Of a stretch of DNA of 57,037 nucleotides, positions 1-8,390 are shown piece after piece (the first letter of the stretch is position 1; the number at the start of each line of letters is the position of its first letter). The stretch comes from Minisyncoccota bacterium (GTDB lineage Bacteria > Patescibacteriota > Minisyncoccia > Phycocordibacterales > UBA1006): the NCBI GenBank assembly GCA_022763365.1, contig JALEGN010000019.1, positions 1 to 57,037 on the forward strand, in the 5' to 3' direction. The notes under the pieces are model-generated. The model was not told the origin of the DNA and ran no database searches. It saw only the letters and a program-made list of their open reading frames with translations. A program made the translations under genes and the position numbers.

Positions 1-226
1 GTTCACTCAATGGTGCCAATTGCACACGTGAAATATCAAGCAATCCAGCTTGTTCTGATCGAGCGTTACCAGATTGTCCAAGGAAACGGTTGTTGCGTTG
101 CGCCTCGGTTTGTCCAAAAATTGGTTGATAGGCATCTACAAAGTTTTGACCAATAACAACAAGAGTTAAGAGTGCGAGTCCTACACTAACACCTTTCAAA
201 AATTTTTTTAGGTTGATATATTTCAT
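1..226 (-). CDS. Partial CDS (5' part only, continues past window start): signal-anchored/secreted hypothetical protein
   Basis: Reverse-strand ATG at 224-226 opens MKYINLKKFLKGVSVGLALLTLVVIGQNF... (basic n-region plus hydrophobic core). The frame stays open to base 1. Absent from the ORF track because it is truncated. Confidence 0.5.
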   Translation of the reverse strand, partial: MKYINLKKFLKGVSVGLALLTLVVIGQNFVDAYQPIFGQTEAQRNNRFLGQSGNARSEQAGLLDISRVQLAPLSE

Positions 227-289
227 ATGTACTATGTTAATTAACCCTTTCATTATATCATTTTTATTTATATGAAACATGTGGAAAAT

Positions 290-313
290 AAAAAACACCA
301 AAAGGTGTTTTTT
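290..313 (-). terminator. Intrinsic terminator AAAAAACACC-AAAA-GGTGTTTTTT (family member 1)
   Basis: Hairpin with flanking A and T tracts, 8 nt past the stop of 321..3374. Confidence 0.8.
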
Positions 314-320
314 ATTTACA

Positions 321-3300
321 TTAACTTCTTAATTCTCCCCACATACAAATTGGACCTATTGTATGGGTACCATCACCATTGTCATAAGGTAAAGAGAATC
401 CACTAGAATCAAAGTCACCAAGGTCAACTAGTAAGTGGCTAGTATTACCATATGAGTTCCTTGCTATTTGATCCCATTCTATTGGTGGAACAGCCGAATT
501 GAGCGATCCATAGCTATTAGGTGTTCCCTGCCAGGCAACATTATTTGTATGATAGGCAGGCCCTATACATGCAGTTTTTGTTGTGGCGTTATCACAGAAT
601 GTTCGTGCCCAGTTATAACTCGTACTATCGTAATCGCCGAATATTTCGTTAGGGTAAACAATTGGATAACATCCTGGTGTACCTGAACCACCTGAACCTC
701 TTCCACAACTCTGAGTTGTATCAGGTTTTGGTGGTGGACAACTTGAATCAGGTGCTAATTGACCATTTTGATCTCGACATACTACTGAACGTGATTGAGT
801 TCCGCCAGAAGAACCACCTGATCCAGCATTCCAGTTACATCCGGCAACTGATTCACATGTAGATTGTGAACCTCCACTACATGATCCATTTGATGGTCCA
901 CTGAGAACACAAATTGATTGTGTTCCATTTGGATCATTAAATCCTGGGTTCGCTGGAAGAGATGTGTGAGTTATTGGTGAACACCATTCGTTCATTCCAA
1001 CCCATTCACCATCATCGTTTGCACAGATATAAGAGGTGTTTTGGTTTTGCCCTGCAGTATCTTGACATGACCCTCTAAATCGACGTCCGTTTTCACGAGC
1101 AGGGGCGTAACCATAATCTGATCGGTAAACACTTCCTGCGGCATAAACGCGTGCTCCATCATATCCGTTAGAATAGTAACTTCCATCAGAAACATGATGT
1201 CTATTCCAGCGGGTACCATCTTCAGAAATTTCATAGACATGTGGCGTTGGGAATTCAGCCCCTTGTGCAGCAATACATGCTGTAGCTGAACCAGATCCAC
1301 CACCTCCATTTGTTGAGATAGGCTGTGCATTTGTTGCACCATTTGCCATATCAGCATCTATCAGGTGTGGACAGTAATCATTAATTGTTTGGGTATTGTA
1401 GACGTATCCATCCGTCCAGTTAAACGGATTTCCATTCCAATCAATTTTTCCTCCTTGTCCTCCTGTTGGTGTTCCTGAACATGAACCACTAGACTGTAGT
1501 CCTCCTGAACAAGTTCCCCAATCTCCGATATCCCAATCAAAAGTATCATTATTTACAGGTGATTGAGATGAACAAGAAACGGTTTCTGCTCCTGAATTAC
1601 AACTCCATGTGTAGGTGGTAGGGAAACCTGGAGCACCTGCAGACGGATAAACTTGCGTAGCAGTACCAACCGAACACAATGAATCACCTGATGGTTGTGG
1701 TCCAGTTGTCCCATTAGCTGAACCACAAACCGGTGAAGCGAAACAACCCTCTGTTGTGGATGTTTCTGGCTTAGGACCCGTACCATTATCAATACATGTT
1801 TGATCTGGATGCGTGTTACCAAGAGAATCTTGACAAGTTACCACTCTTTCACGTGATGATTCTCCAGCAGGAGTAAAGCTACATGCAGAATTCTGTGACG
1901 TACATGCTGATTGCGATGTTGGTCCTGAACATGAATTGGTTGTAGTTGAGCTATTTGCGTTCCAGGTACAACTATCATTTTGTGATTCACATGCTGATTG
2001 CGATGTTGGTCCTGAACATGAATTGGTTGTAGAACCTGAACCCCAAGTACAACTTGAGTAAAAATTACAGAAACCTTCATTTCCATCAAAATTAGAACAT
2101 GAATTCGTCGTAGTTGACCCTGAAGTAGAAGGACTATTAATATTCAAGCTTAAGTTACGTCTATCATTGTGGTATTGATTTGTAACAGCTGATTGATTTG
2201 AAGGGTTACTCCAGTTAGAACTTGCAAACCAACCATTAGGATTGTAGCGAACATGTTGATTGGCATGGATATTATCACCAGCATTAAGATCAACTTCAAA
2301 ACTAAAAGTATAACTATTTCTTCCATTTTCCATTTCAGTATAGATAACTTCACCTCCTGCTGGTAAAGAATTATTAGTCCTTCTTATTCTCAACTGTGAA
2401 TTAATATACTGTGAAGAGGTACTAGTTCGTACAACAGTACCGGAAATTGTATATGTTCGTGTTTCTGGAATTTCAATTCTATATAAATTATTGAGATCAG
2501 ACGAATCATCAGCATAAGTAGTATTTAATCCAACATTATATACATGATTTGCTTCATCATATGAGGCTAAATTTCTTCCCACATTTGAACCCACACCTTC
2601 TGTAGTACCACTATCGATATTTACTTCACTTTGACCTCCAGTACTTGTGGTATATGTCCCTGAACAAGTATTAGATGAACCTGTTGTTGTATATGATCCT
2701 TCACAAGAGCCTCCATTACTTGATGTAGTTGTATATGATCCTGAACAAGAAGCAGCACTTGAATCTGAACATGGTCCATATTCTCCAACTTGCCAATCAT
2801 AGGTTAATGGTTCATCAGTAACTTCACCACCTGAACAGGTGTAAAGTGTTCCGTCTTGTTGAGCACATACTCGGCTATGTGTTGTTAGATCACGTGGAGC
2901 AAGATTCCCTGATTGATCTAATCTAGCAAGTCCGGTAACTAAAATACTATCAAAACCTGCTTGTGTTGCTTGAACTATAAAAGCTCCTGGGATTCCTCCA
3001 GGAAATGATGTTGCGCTACCACCACTAAAATTTCCAATAGCTGTTTTTCCTGTTAAATAGGCTGAACGATCAACTAATAAATTGATAAATGCAGACCCTC
3101 CTGAAACATCTAAACAAGTTTCTCGTGCAGGCGCACTTAATTCTGCTACGATACAATCTTGAACTTGGTTTACAATCCAAGATGCTGAAGTTGTGTCTCC
3201 GATAGTTAAAGAACCATTTCTTTCAATAAGATTCCCAGCTCCACCTCCAATAAATGGAACAACATTTGAAGCTAAGACACTTGAAACTCCTCCCAATAAA

Positions 3301-3374
3301 GCAAATGAGAGTGCGAGACCAAGAACGATAGATCGTGATGTTTGTGTGTTTATTTTACGCAAAAGTTTTTTCAT
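321..3374 (-). CDS. Large secreted Cys/Ser/Thr/Gly-rich surface protein with TSP1-like modules (hypothetical adhesin)
   Basis: 1017-aa ORF with signal peptide MKKLLRKINTQTSRSIVLGLALSFALLGGVSSVLA. Contains C.G.YTTT x3, a 29-aa tandem repeat TNSCSGPTSQSAC.SQN..C, and the motifs W..G.(W/Y)G.CS and R.VVC.D....C...KP.....C. The N-terminal ~170 aa align with the next gene. Confidence 0.85.
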   Translation of the reverse strand: MKKLLRKINTQTSRSIVLGLALSFALLGGVSSVLASNVVPFIGGGAGNLIERNGSLTIGDTTSASWIVNQVQDCIVAELSAPARETCLDVSGGSAFINLLVDRSAYLTGKTAIGNFSGGSATSFPGGIPGAFIVQATQAGFDSILVTGLARLDQSGNLAPRDLTTHSRVCAQQDGTLYTCSGGEVTDEPLTYDWQVGEYGPCSDSSAASCSGSYTTTSSNGGSCEGSYTTTGSSNTCSGTYTTSTGGQSEVNIDSGTTEGVGSNVGRNLASYDEANHVYNVGLNTTYADDSSDLNNLYRIEIPETRTYTISGTVVRTSTSSQYINSQLRIRRTNNSLPAGGEVIYTEMENGRNSYTFSFEVDLNAGDNIHANQHVRYNPNGWFASSNWSNPSNQSAVTNQYHNDRRNLSLNINSPSTSGSTTTNSCSNFDGNEGFCNFYSSCTWGSGSTTNSCSGPTSQSACESQNDSCTWNANSSTTTNSCSGPTSQSACTSQNSACSFTPAGESSRERVVTCQDSLGNTHPDQTCIDNGTGPKPETSTTEGCFASPVCGSANGTTGPQPSGDSLCSVGTATQVYPSAGAPGFPTTYTWSCNSGAETVSCSSQSPVNNDTFDWDIGDWGTCSGGLQSSGSCSGTPTGGQGGKIDWNGNPFNWTDGYVYNTQTINDYCPHLIDADMANGATNAQPISTNGGGGSGSATACIAAQGAEFPTPHVYEISEDGTRWNRHHVSDGSYYSNGYDGARVYAAGSVYRSDYGYAPARENGRRFRGSCQDTAGQNQNTSYICANDDGEWVGMNEWCSPITHTSLPANPGFNDPNGTQSICVLSGPSNGSCSGGSQSTCESVAGCNWNAGSGGSSGGTQSRSVVCRDQNGQLAPDSSCPPPKPDTTQSCGRGSGGSGTPGCYPIVYPNEIFGDYDSTSYNWARTFCDNATTKTACIGPAYHTNNVAWQGTPNSYGSLNSAVPPIEWDQIARNSYGNTSHLLVDLGDFDSSGFSLPYDNGDGTHTIGPICMWGELRS
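1902..2032 (-). repeat. Intragenic tandem duplication (87-bp period, 44-bp perfect core)
   Basis: ACATGCTGATTGCGATGTTGGTCCTGAACATGAATTGGTTGTAG occurs at 1902-1945 and 1989-2032. It encodes the 29-aa repeat TNSCSGPTSQSAC. Confidence 0.9.
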
Positions 3375-3403
3375 ATAGTGATACTAAGTTAATAACTGAA
3401 AAT

Positions 3404-3412
3404 AGTATACCA
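3404..3412 (-). promoter_or_regulatory. Extended -10 element TGGTATACT
   Basis: Exact 9-mer about 30 nt upstream of the ATG of 321..3374. Confidence 0.55.
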
Positions 3413-3453
3413 TTTTCACAAAGAAAGGAGCAAGAATAGAAACCGTGGAAAAC

Positions 3454-3478
3454 AAAAAAACACCAAAAGGTGTTTTTT
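3454..3478 (-). terminator. Intrinsic terminator AAAAAAACACC-AAAA-GGTGTTTTTT (family member 2)
   Basis: Identical stem-loop to 290-313, directly after the stop of 3481..5418. The flanking GTGGAAAA is also shared. Confidence 0.8.
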
Positions 3479-3480
3479 AC

Positions 3481-5418
3481 TTAACAAATTCCGTCAAAGT
3501 CATCTGCTTGACCATTATTGTTGGTGTCATACATATCACATGCACCATACCAACAGAAGATTCCTGATGCACAATCAGAATTTGAATTACATGCATCTCC
3601 ACAAGATCCGTTAGATGAACCTGACCCAGAATTTCCTTGCTGCGTCACACATGAACCAGGACAAACATTATAAGCGTCATAGTATGACTGACAATCACAA
3701 CCACCCTGACCATCTGATACACAGGCATTTCCTCCTGGTGAGACAGGAAGTTGTGATTGTGGGAAGACTCCTGGACATTGCTGAGATAGACAATTTCTTG
3801 ATGTTTCAGGAGTTGGTGAACCACAGAGCGAATTAGAAACAACATTATTATTGTTATCTCGACACACTACAATTCGTGATTGACTACCATTTGAACATGT
3901 TCCCCATGGACCTACATCCCATGAATAACTTACCCTATCAGCATCACAAATAGCAACTAGTCCTCCATTAATACCCTGACATGACCAATCCCATGTTGTT
4001 AGAGTATCCGTTTCATCTTGATAACTACCTGCTAAACAACCATTTGATGCGTTTGCTGGTTGTGATGAGTAGCTTCCTGGGAAATTAGCACACTGTCCAT
4101 TTGTTGATGAAGCTTGATAGTTTGCAGAACATGAAGCAGTTGTTCCTCCATTTGATCCTGCACAGGTCCAGGTATAATCTGCAGTTCCCCCTCTACCTGT
4201 CGTTGTATTATCGGCAACTGTTGAGGCTGTACCTGAGGCACAAAGATTTCTCGATGGTGCTGAAGAGAAAGTTCCTCCATCAGCTGAACCACATTGACCA
4301 TTACTTGATCCCGCACACTGATTATTTGGTGGAATTGAATCAGCACAAACAAGATCACCATTTTGATAAGCTACTGAAATTTGATAATCAGGATACGGAC
4401 AATTCATTGCACCGTAGCGAGCAGGTGACCATGTTCCATCAGATTGACATAAGAATGCTGGATCAGCTGGCACTGAACAGGTTCCATTATCAGGAGCTGA
4501 TGGGTTACATACAATATCACCCTGAGCATAGATTGATGAGCTTGAATAATCTTGATACGGACAATTCATTGCACCGTAGCGAGTTGTATTCCATTCACCT
4601 GGATTAAGACCTCCACAGACCCAAGCAGGATCAGGTGTGGTTGTACAATTAGCATGATTAGGTGTTGATGTTGAACATACTCGATCTCCTGTCGTGTATG
4701 ATCCCGCTGAATCATATTCATTTAATCGGCCATAATTTGTTTGAACAGGACATGAATCGAGTACTGCCAATCCACCTTGGATCGTACCATTACCAATGTC
4801 GGTACCGTCAGCAGCTCGGTATTGAGGTCGTTGCCACTGACCGCTTCCGGTCGTGTAATCACACTGATATTCGTAGTATTCAATATCAGGACATAATACA
4901 AGTGCTCCTCGATTAGTAACACATACACGTTCAGTTCCAGAGGTGTTTTGTAAGTTTGTCGCCAAGGTATTTCCAATAACATTTACTTTTTGTACTTGGT
5001 TCAAAAGATTAAGCGGATTTCCAGAAGTATCATTAACTACTCCTTGCATTTGATTCCAAATAGTTGCCGTGTCTGGACCAATAACAAGTTTTCCTAGAAA
5101 ATACGAATTTTGAAGCACTGCAAAGGCTGCATTCGTTGCTGTATTGTCAAACCATGATACAGCCCCAGCTGGCCCTCGAGCATCTAGACCAATACCATTT
5201 AGAAAACAGTTTGCTTGATTTATATTAGAAGGACAATCACCCAAACGGAGTTCATCAACAGCTTGTTCTCCACCACCTCGATGAATCAATGGGTTTAAGT
5301 CACCGATTTGTCCAGGTGAAGCATATTGGGCACTCGCCAAAGAAACACCAGCGGTTAATACCAAGGTGACAATAGCAACATAGGCAAAATTAATTTTTTG
5401 TGTAAAGAATTTTTTCAT
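3481..5418 (-). CDS. Secreted Cys-rich surface protein, paralog of 321..3374, with one intact TSP1-like repeat
   Basis: 645-aa ORF with signal peptide MKKFFTQKINFAYVAIVTLVLTAGVSLASA. Has a 54-aa internal repeat (...GD.VC...C..P.DPA..C...W...RYGAMNCPY.DY). The segment WDVGPWGTCSNGSQSRIVVCRDNNNNVVSNSLCGSPTPETSRNC resembles a thrombospondin type-1 repeat. Two CG..G......LC..G....W.W.C.G.NGG...C modules are shared with 321..3374. Confidence 0.85.
   Translation of the reverse strand: MKKFFTQKINFAYVAIVTLVLTAGVSLASAQYASPGQIGDLNPLIHRGGGEQAVDELRLGDCPSNINQANCFLNGIGLDARGPAGAVSWFDNTATNAAFAVLQNSYFLGKLVIGPDTATIWNQMQGVVNDTSGNPLNLLNQVQKVNVIGNTLATNLQNTSGTERVCVTNRGALVLCPDIEYYEYQCDYTTGSGQWQRPQYRAADGTDIGNGTIQGGLAVLDSCPVQTNYGRLNEYDSAGSYTTGDRVCSTSTPNHANCTTTPDPAWVCGGLNPGEWNTTRYGAMNCPYQDYSSSSIYAQGDIVCNPSAPDNGTCSVPADPAFLCQSDGTWSPARYGAMNCPYPDYQISVAYQNGDLVCADSIPPNNQCAGSSNGQCGSADGGTFSSAPSRNLCASGTASTVADNTTTGRGGTADYTWTCAGSNGGTTASCSANYQASSTNGQCANFPGSYSSQPANASNGCLAGSYQDETDTLTTWDWSCQGINGGLVAICDADRVSYSWDVGPWGTCSNGSQSRIVVCRDNNNNVVSNSLCGSPTPETSRNCLSQQCPGVFPQSQLPVSPGGNACVSDGQGGCDCQSYYDAYNVCPGSCVTQQGNSGSGSSNGSCGDACNSNSDCASGIFCWYGACDMYDTNNNGQADDFDGIC
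4392..4582 (-). repeat. Intragenic repeat (162-bp period, 29-bp perfect core)
   Basis: GATACGGACAATTCATTGCACCGTAGCGA occurs at 4392-4420 and 4554-4582. It encodes RYGAMNCPY in a 54-aa repeat. Confidence 0.9.
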
Positions 5419-5429
5419 ACGATTTGTTG

Positions 5430-6356
5430 TTAAACTTCGGTATAGTTAGGGATTACCGTTCCTCCTGTTCCTGGTGTTGGTGGGGTCACCGTTGATCCAC
5501 ATTGCACCAGTGCTGAATCAGTAATAGTTTGACCATTTCCACCAGTACACCTTATTCGTACGGTATCTGTTGGGTTGCTATCTGTCACCGAACCAGTAAA
5601 GGTATAGTTATTACCTGATTGATACTCATCTGGAACACTTGAGTTGTTTGAAATATTCCAGTTACTACTGTCTACGAAACAGTTAGTGACATTTTCAGAA
5701 GCCCAATTGATTTGAATTGTTCCTGAAACTGGACATGAACTTTGGTAAATATTTGAAGCCCCGTTGAGTGTTAAGCTAACAAATTGAGAACATACTGGTT
5801 CAATAATTGAAACATTTTCGAAGCTAATATCTCCTGCACCTACAAATTCATCTTGACTTCCATCTGGGAGATAGGTATATCCTCCATTAAATGCAGTACC
5901 CGTAAATCCTCCAGGGTCTGTTTGGTAACCAATTCCTGATAAATCAATAACCGGATCCCAATTACCCCAAGAATCTGGATCATTTTTTGGTGATTCAAAC
6001 TCTGCGATTTCATCAGCAGTATTTGAAGTATTCACTTCTCCAAAATCTACCCATCCAGCATATGGACTCCATCCTCTTCCTGAGAAGGTTCCAGCTTGAC
6101 GATCATAACTTACGGAAACTTGCTGAGTTGTTGTCCCGTGACCTTCACCTAAAGGATCATCATTCCAAGTTTCAGTACTCAAATAAATGTAACCAATCTC
6201 ATCTGTTTCAAGATACCCGTAAAGGTTTCCAGCAGTTTGACCAGCGGCACAAGCTTGAGCATTCACGTTTTTAGCATCTGGCATAAATGCCAAAAATCCA
6301 AAAACAAGTGCTCCTGCTGTAAGTACGCTATATATTTTTTTCATTGAAATATTCAT
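5430..6356 (-). CDS. Secreted hypothetical protein
   Basis: 308-aa ORF with an N-terminal signal-like segment (MKKIYSVLTAGALVFGFLAFMPDAKNVNAQA). It lies 11 nt upstream of the next gene in the same operon. The C-terminal part is beta-rich with conserved Cys pairs. Confidence 0.75.
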   Translation of the reverse strand: MNISMKKIYSVLTAGALVFGFLAFMPDAKNVNAQACAAGQTAGNLYGYLETDEIGYIYLSTETWNDDPLGEGHGTTTQQVSVSYDRQAGTFSGRGWSPYAGWVDFGEVNTSNTADEIAEFESPKNDPDSWGNWDPVIDLSGIGYQTDPGGFTGTAFNGGYTYLPDGSQDEFVGAGDISFENVSIIEPVCSQFVSLTLNGASNIYQSSCPVSGTIQINWASENVTNCFVDSSNWNISNNSSVPDEYQSGNNYTFTGSVTDSNPTDTVRIRCTGGNGQTITDSALVQCGSTVTPPTPGTGGTVIPNYTEV

Positions 6357-6364
6357 AGGTTATA

Positions 6365-6679
6365 TTAGTTATTACCAAAGAGCGTATTAATACGTTCTTG
6401 TCGTTCTACTCGCTCGAGTTCTGGAGCAGAATCACGAACTGATTCAAAAACCTCTTGTTGAGTTTCTTGGTCAGGAATTTGAGTTTCTGGTAATTGCTCT
6501 GGTACCGGTTTAAGATTTTTTTGATAATACCGATAACCAAACCAAACAAGAGCAAGAACTGCACATATAATTAGCAAAGTCCAAAGCCAGGTTAAATTTG
6601 ACTTTGTTGGTTCCTTTTCAGGTTGCTTGTCATGCATTTCTTCTGGAAAAATACGATTGTCGCGTAATGGGTCATTCAT
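6365..6679 (-). CDS. Small single-pass membrane protein
   Basis: 104-aa ORF with one hydrophobic helix (LTWLWTLLIICAVLALVWFGY). First gene of the 6679->3481 operon, preceded by an extended -10 at 6715-6723. Confidence 0.6.
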   Translation of the reverse strand: MNDPLRDNRIFPEEMHDKQPEKEPTKSNLTWLWTLLIICAVLALVWFGYRYYQKNLKPVPEQLPETQIPDQETQQEVFESVRDSAPELERVERQERINTLFGNN

Positions 6680-6714
6680 AATGTTGCAAGATGATATAAA
6701 TAATAATCAGATTT

Positions 6715-6723
6715 AGTATACCA
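6715..6723 (-). promoter_or_regulatory. Extended -10 element TGGTATACT
   Basis: Exact 9-mer about 35 nt upstream of the ATG at 6679. Confidence 0.55.
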
Positions 6724-6832
6724 CCTTTTAAAATGGCACAAAAGCATTCACAGGCTGCCACATCCTGTGGATAAATAAAGTATATTTTTAATACTAGTAT
6801 TCAAAAAAAATAATTGACCTAAGAACCAAAAT

Positions 6833-6857
6833 AAAAAACACCAAATTGGTGTTTTTT
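6833..6857 (-). terminator. Intrinsic terminator AAAAAACACC-AAATT-GGTGTTTTTT (family member 3)
   Basis: 12 nt past the nusA stop codon. Confidence 0.8.
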
Positions 6858-6869
6858 AGTTAAAGAGTT

Positions 6870-8159
6870 TTATTCTTCTCCTTCTTGAACTTCATCTGGA
6901 GCATCGGTTGCTTTTTCAATAGCACCTTTTAAATCTCCTAAAGAAACAAAGTCATCAGTTGATTCTTCATCACTTTCGGCCTCCTCAATGAGATCAGGAT
7001 TATCATTGGTTCCTGAGATATCAATTTTCCAGCCGGTTAATCGTGCAGCTAATCTGGCATTTTGACCTTCTTTACCAATAGCCAATGATAATTGGTCTTC
7101 GGCAACGACTACTTTCGCTTCTTTTTTCTCAACATCTCCTTCGATATCTAATACTTGGGCAGGAGCAAGAGAGTTTGCAACATACAATAACTCATCTTCT
7201 GACCAGAGAATGATATCAATTTTTTCTTCTCCTAGGTTTGACGTTACGGCATTAATTCGTGATCCTCGTTGTCCAACGCAGGCTCCAATCGGATCAACAT
7301 CAGAATCATGACTCATCACTGCAATTTTAGTTCGTGCCCCAGCCTCTCGTGAAATTGATTTAATTTCAACAATACCTGTTGCAACCTCTGGGGATTCATT
7401 TTTAAAGAGTTCTCGAATCAATTCTGGGTGTGTTCGGGAAAGGGTAATACGAACACCGCGAACTCCTGGTTCAGCAGCTTCAAGGAACACCTTAATAGTT
7501 TGCCCTGGTGTATACCATTCACCACGCGGTTGGTCTTTCCGTTCAATCACTCCAATCGTTCGTGGAGCTAATTCTACAAAAACCTTACCTTCAACAATTT
7601 TTTGAACCGTTCCTGTCAGAACCGTTCCAATCATTTTTTCATAACGTGCAAGTTTTACGTCTTTTTCTGCTTCACGTAATTTTTGCATGATCACCTGTTT
7701 TGCGGTCATGGCTGCAACGCGGCCGAATTCTTCGTTATCTTCTAGTGGATTATCTAGTGGGAAGATAATTTCGTCTTCTAATTCAGCATTAGCTTTAATC
7801 AATTTTGCATCAGGAAGATACATATGATGTTCAACATTAAATCGAACACGTTGATCAATCGGATTACCTTCTTCGTCGAGTTCCTCTGGATCTTCAACAA
7901 ATTCGGGATCATCAATTTGTTCTTGGGTGAGCGCTGGTTTTACCAAGGTGTCATCTACCACTGTTTTAACCTGGAAAAATTCAAGATCTCCTGTTTCAGG
8001 ATTAAAGTGTGAACGAATAACTTGTCCTTTGGCTCCATAGTCTTTTTTATAGGCCGCCGCAAGCGAGTGTTCTATAGCCTCAAGAATTTTTTCTCGTGGA
8101 ATATTTTTTTCTTTTTCAATCTGTTCCAAAGTCGATTGAAGTACTTTTAAATCAAACAT
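6870..8159 (-). CDS. nusA: Transcription termination/antitermination factor NusA
   Basis: 429 aa. N-terminus MFDLKVLQSTLEQIEKEKNIPREKILEAIEHSLAAAYKK is typical of NusA, followed by S1-like and two KH-like regions (GACVGQRGSRI, AIGKEGQNARLAARLTGWKIDI) and an acidic tail. Confidence 0.95.
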   Translation of the reverse strand: MFDLKVLQSTLEQIEKEKNIPREKILEAIEHSLAAAYKKDYGAKGQVIRSHFNPETGDLEFFQVKTVVDDTLVKPALTQEQIDDPEFVEDPEELDEEGNPIDQRVRFNVEHHMYLPDAKLIKANAELEDEIIFPLDNPLEDNEEFGRVAAMTAKQVIMQKLREAEKDVKLARYEKMIGTVLTGTVQKIVEGKVFVELAPRTIGVIERKDQPRGEWYTPGQTIKVFLEAAEPGVRGVRITLSRTHPELIRELFKNESPEVATGIVEIKSISREAGARTKIAVMSHDSDVDPIGACVGQRGSRINAVTSNLGEEKIDIILWSEDELLYVANSLAPAQVLDIEGDVEKKEAKVVVAEDQLSLAIGKEGQNARLAARLTGWKIDISGTNDNPDLIEEAESDEESTDDFVSLGDLKGAIEKATDAPDEVQEGEE

Positions 8160-8202
8160 ATTTTCTGTTGTTATTTTATTTTAATAATGAAAATTCTCGA
8201 AT

Positions 8203-8298
8203 AAACAAAGAATTTCAAAATATTTTATTTATAGAAATTCTTTGTTTTCACTGCGCTCGGACAATATAAATAAAAAGAAAATTTTTTTATTTATATTG
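8203..8298 (-). promoter_or_regulatory. Two perfect AT-rich hairpins in the nusA 5' region
   Basis: AAACAAAGAATTTC (8203-8216) pairs with GAAATTCTTTGTTT (8234-8247). CAATATAAATAAAAA (8262-8276) pairs with TTTTTATTTATATTG (8284-8298). Confidence 0.5.
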
Positions 8299-8316
8299 CT
8301 CCTCGCTTGTGAAAAT

Positions 8317-8345
8317 AAAAAGGGAAATGATTACATTTCCTTTTT
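8317..8345 (-). terminator. Intrinsic terminator
   Basis: AAAAAGGGAAATG-ATTA-CATTTCCTTTTT downstream of 8391..9326. Confidence 0.7.
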
Positions 8346-8390
8346 ACATCGATAGAATAATTATAACACAGATTTTTAACAAAACGCAAA

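Noticed and set aside
468-5418. Many 60-170-aa ORFs in the track that overlap the large secreted-protein genes in other frames or on the other strand (e.g. 468..686, 992..1357, 1553..1822, 4101..4607, 4722..4982)
   Set aside because: They are fully nested in long, motif-bearing ORFs. Their low-complexity translations mirror the repeat-rich host gene, and they have no independent start or terminator signals. The same reasoning applies to nested ORFs elsewhere (e.g. 10202..10549, 15311..15571, 24598..24885, 44575..45081, 46796..47299, 53619..53954).
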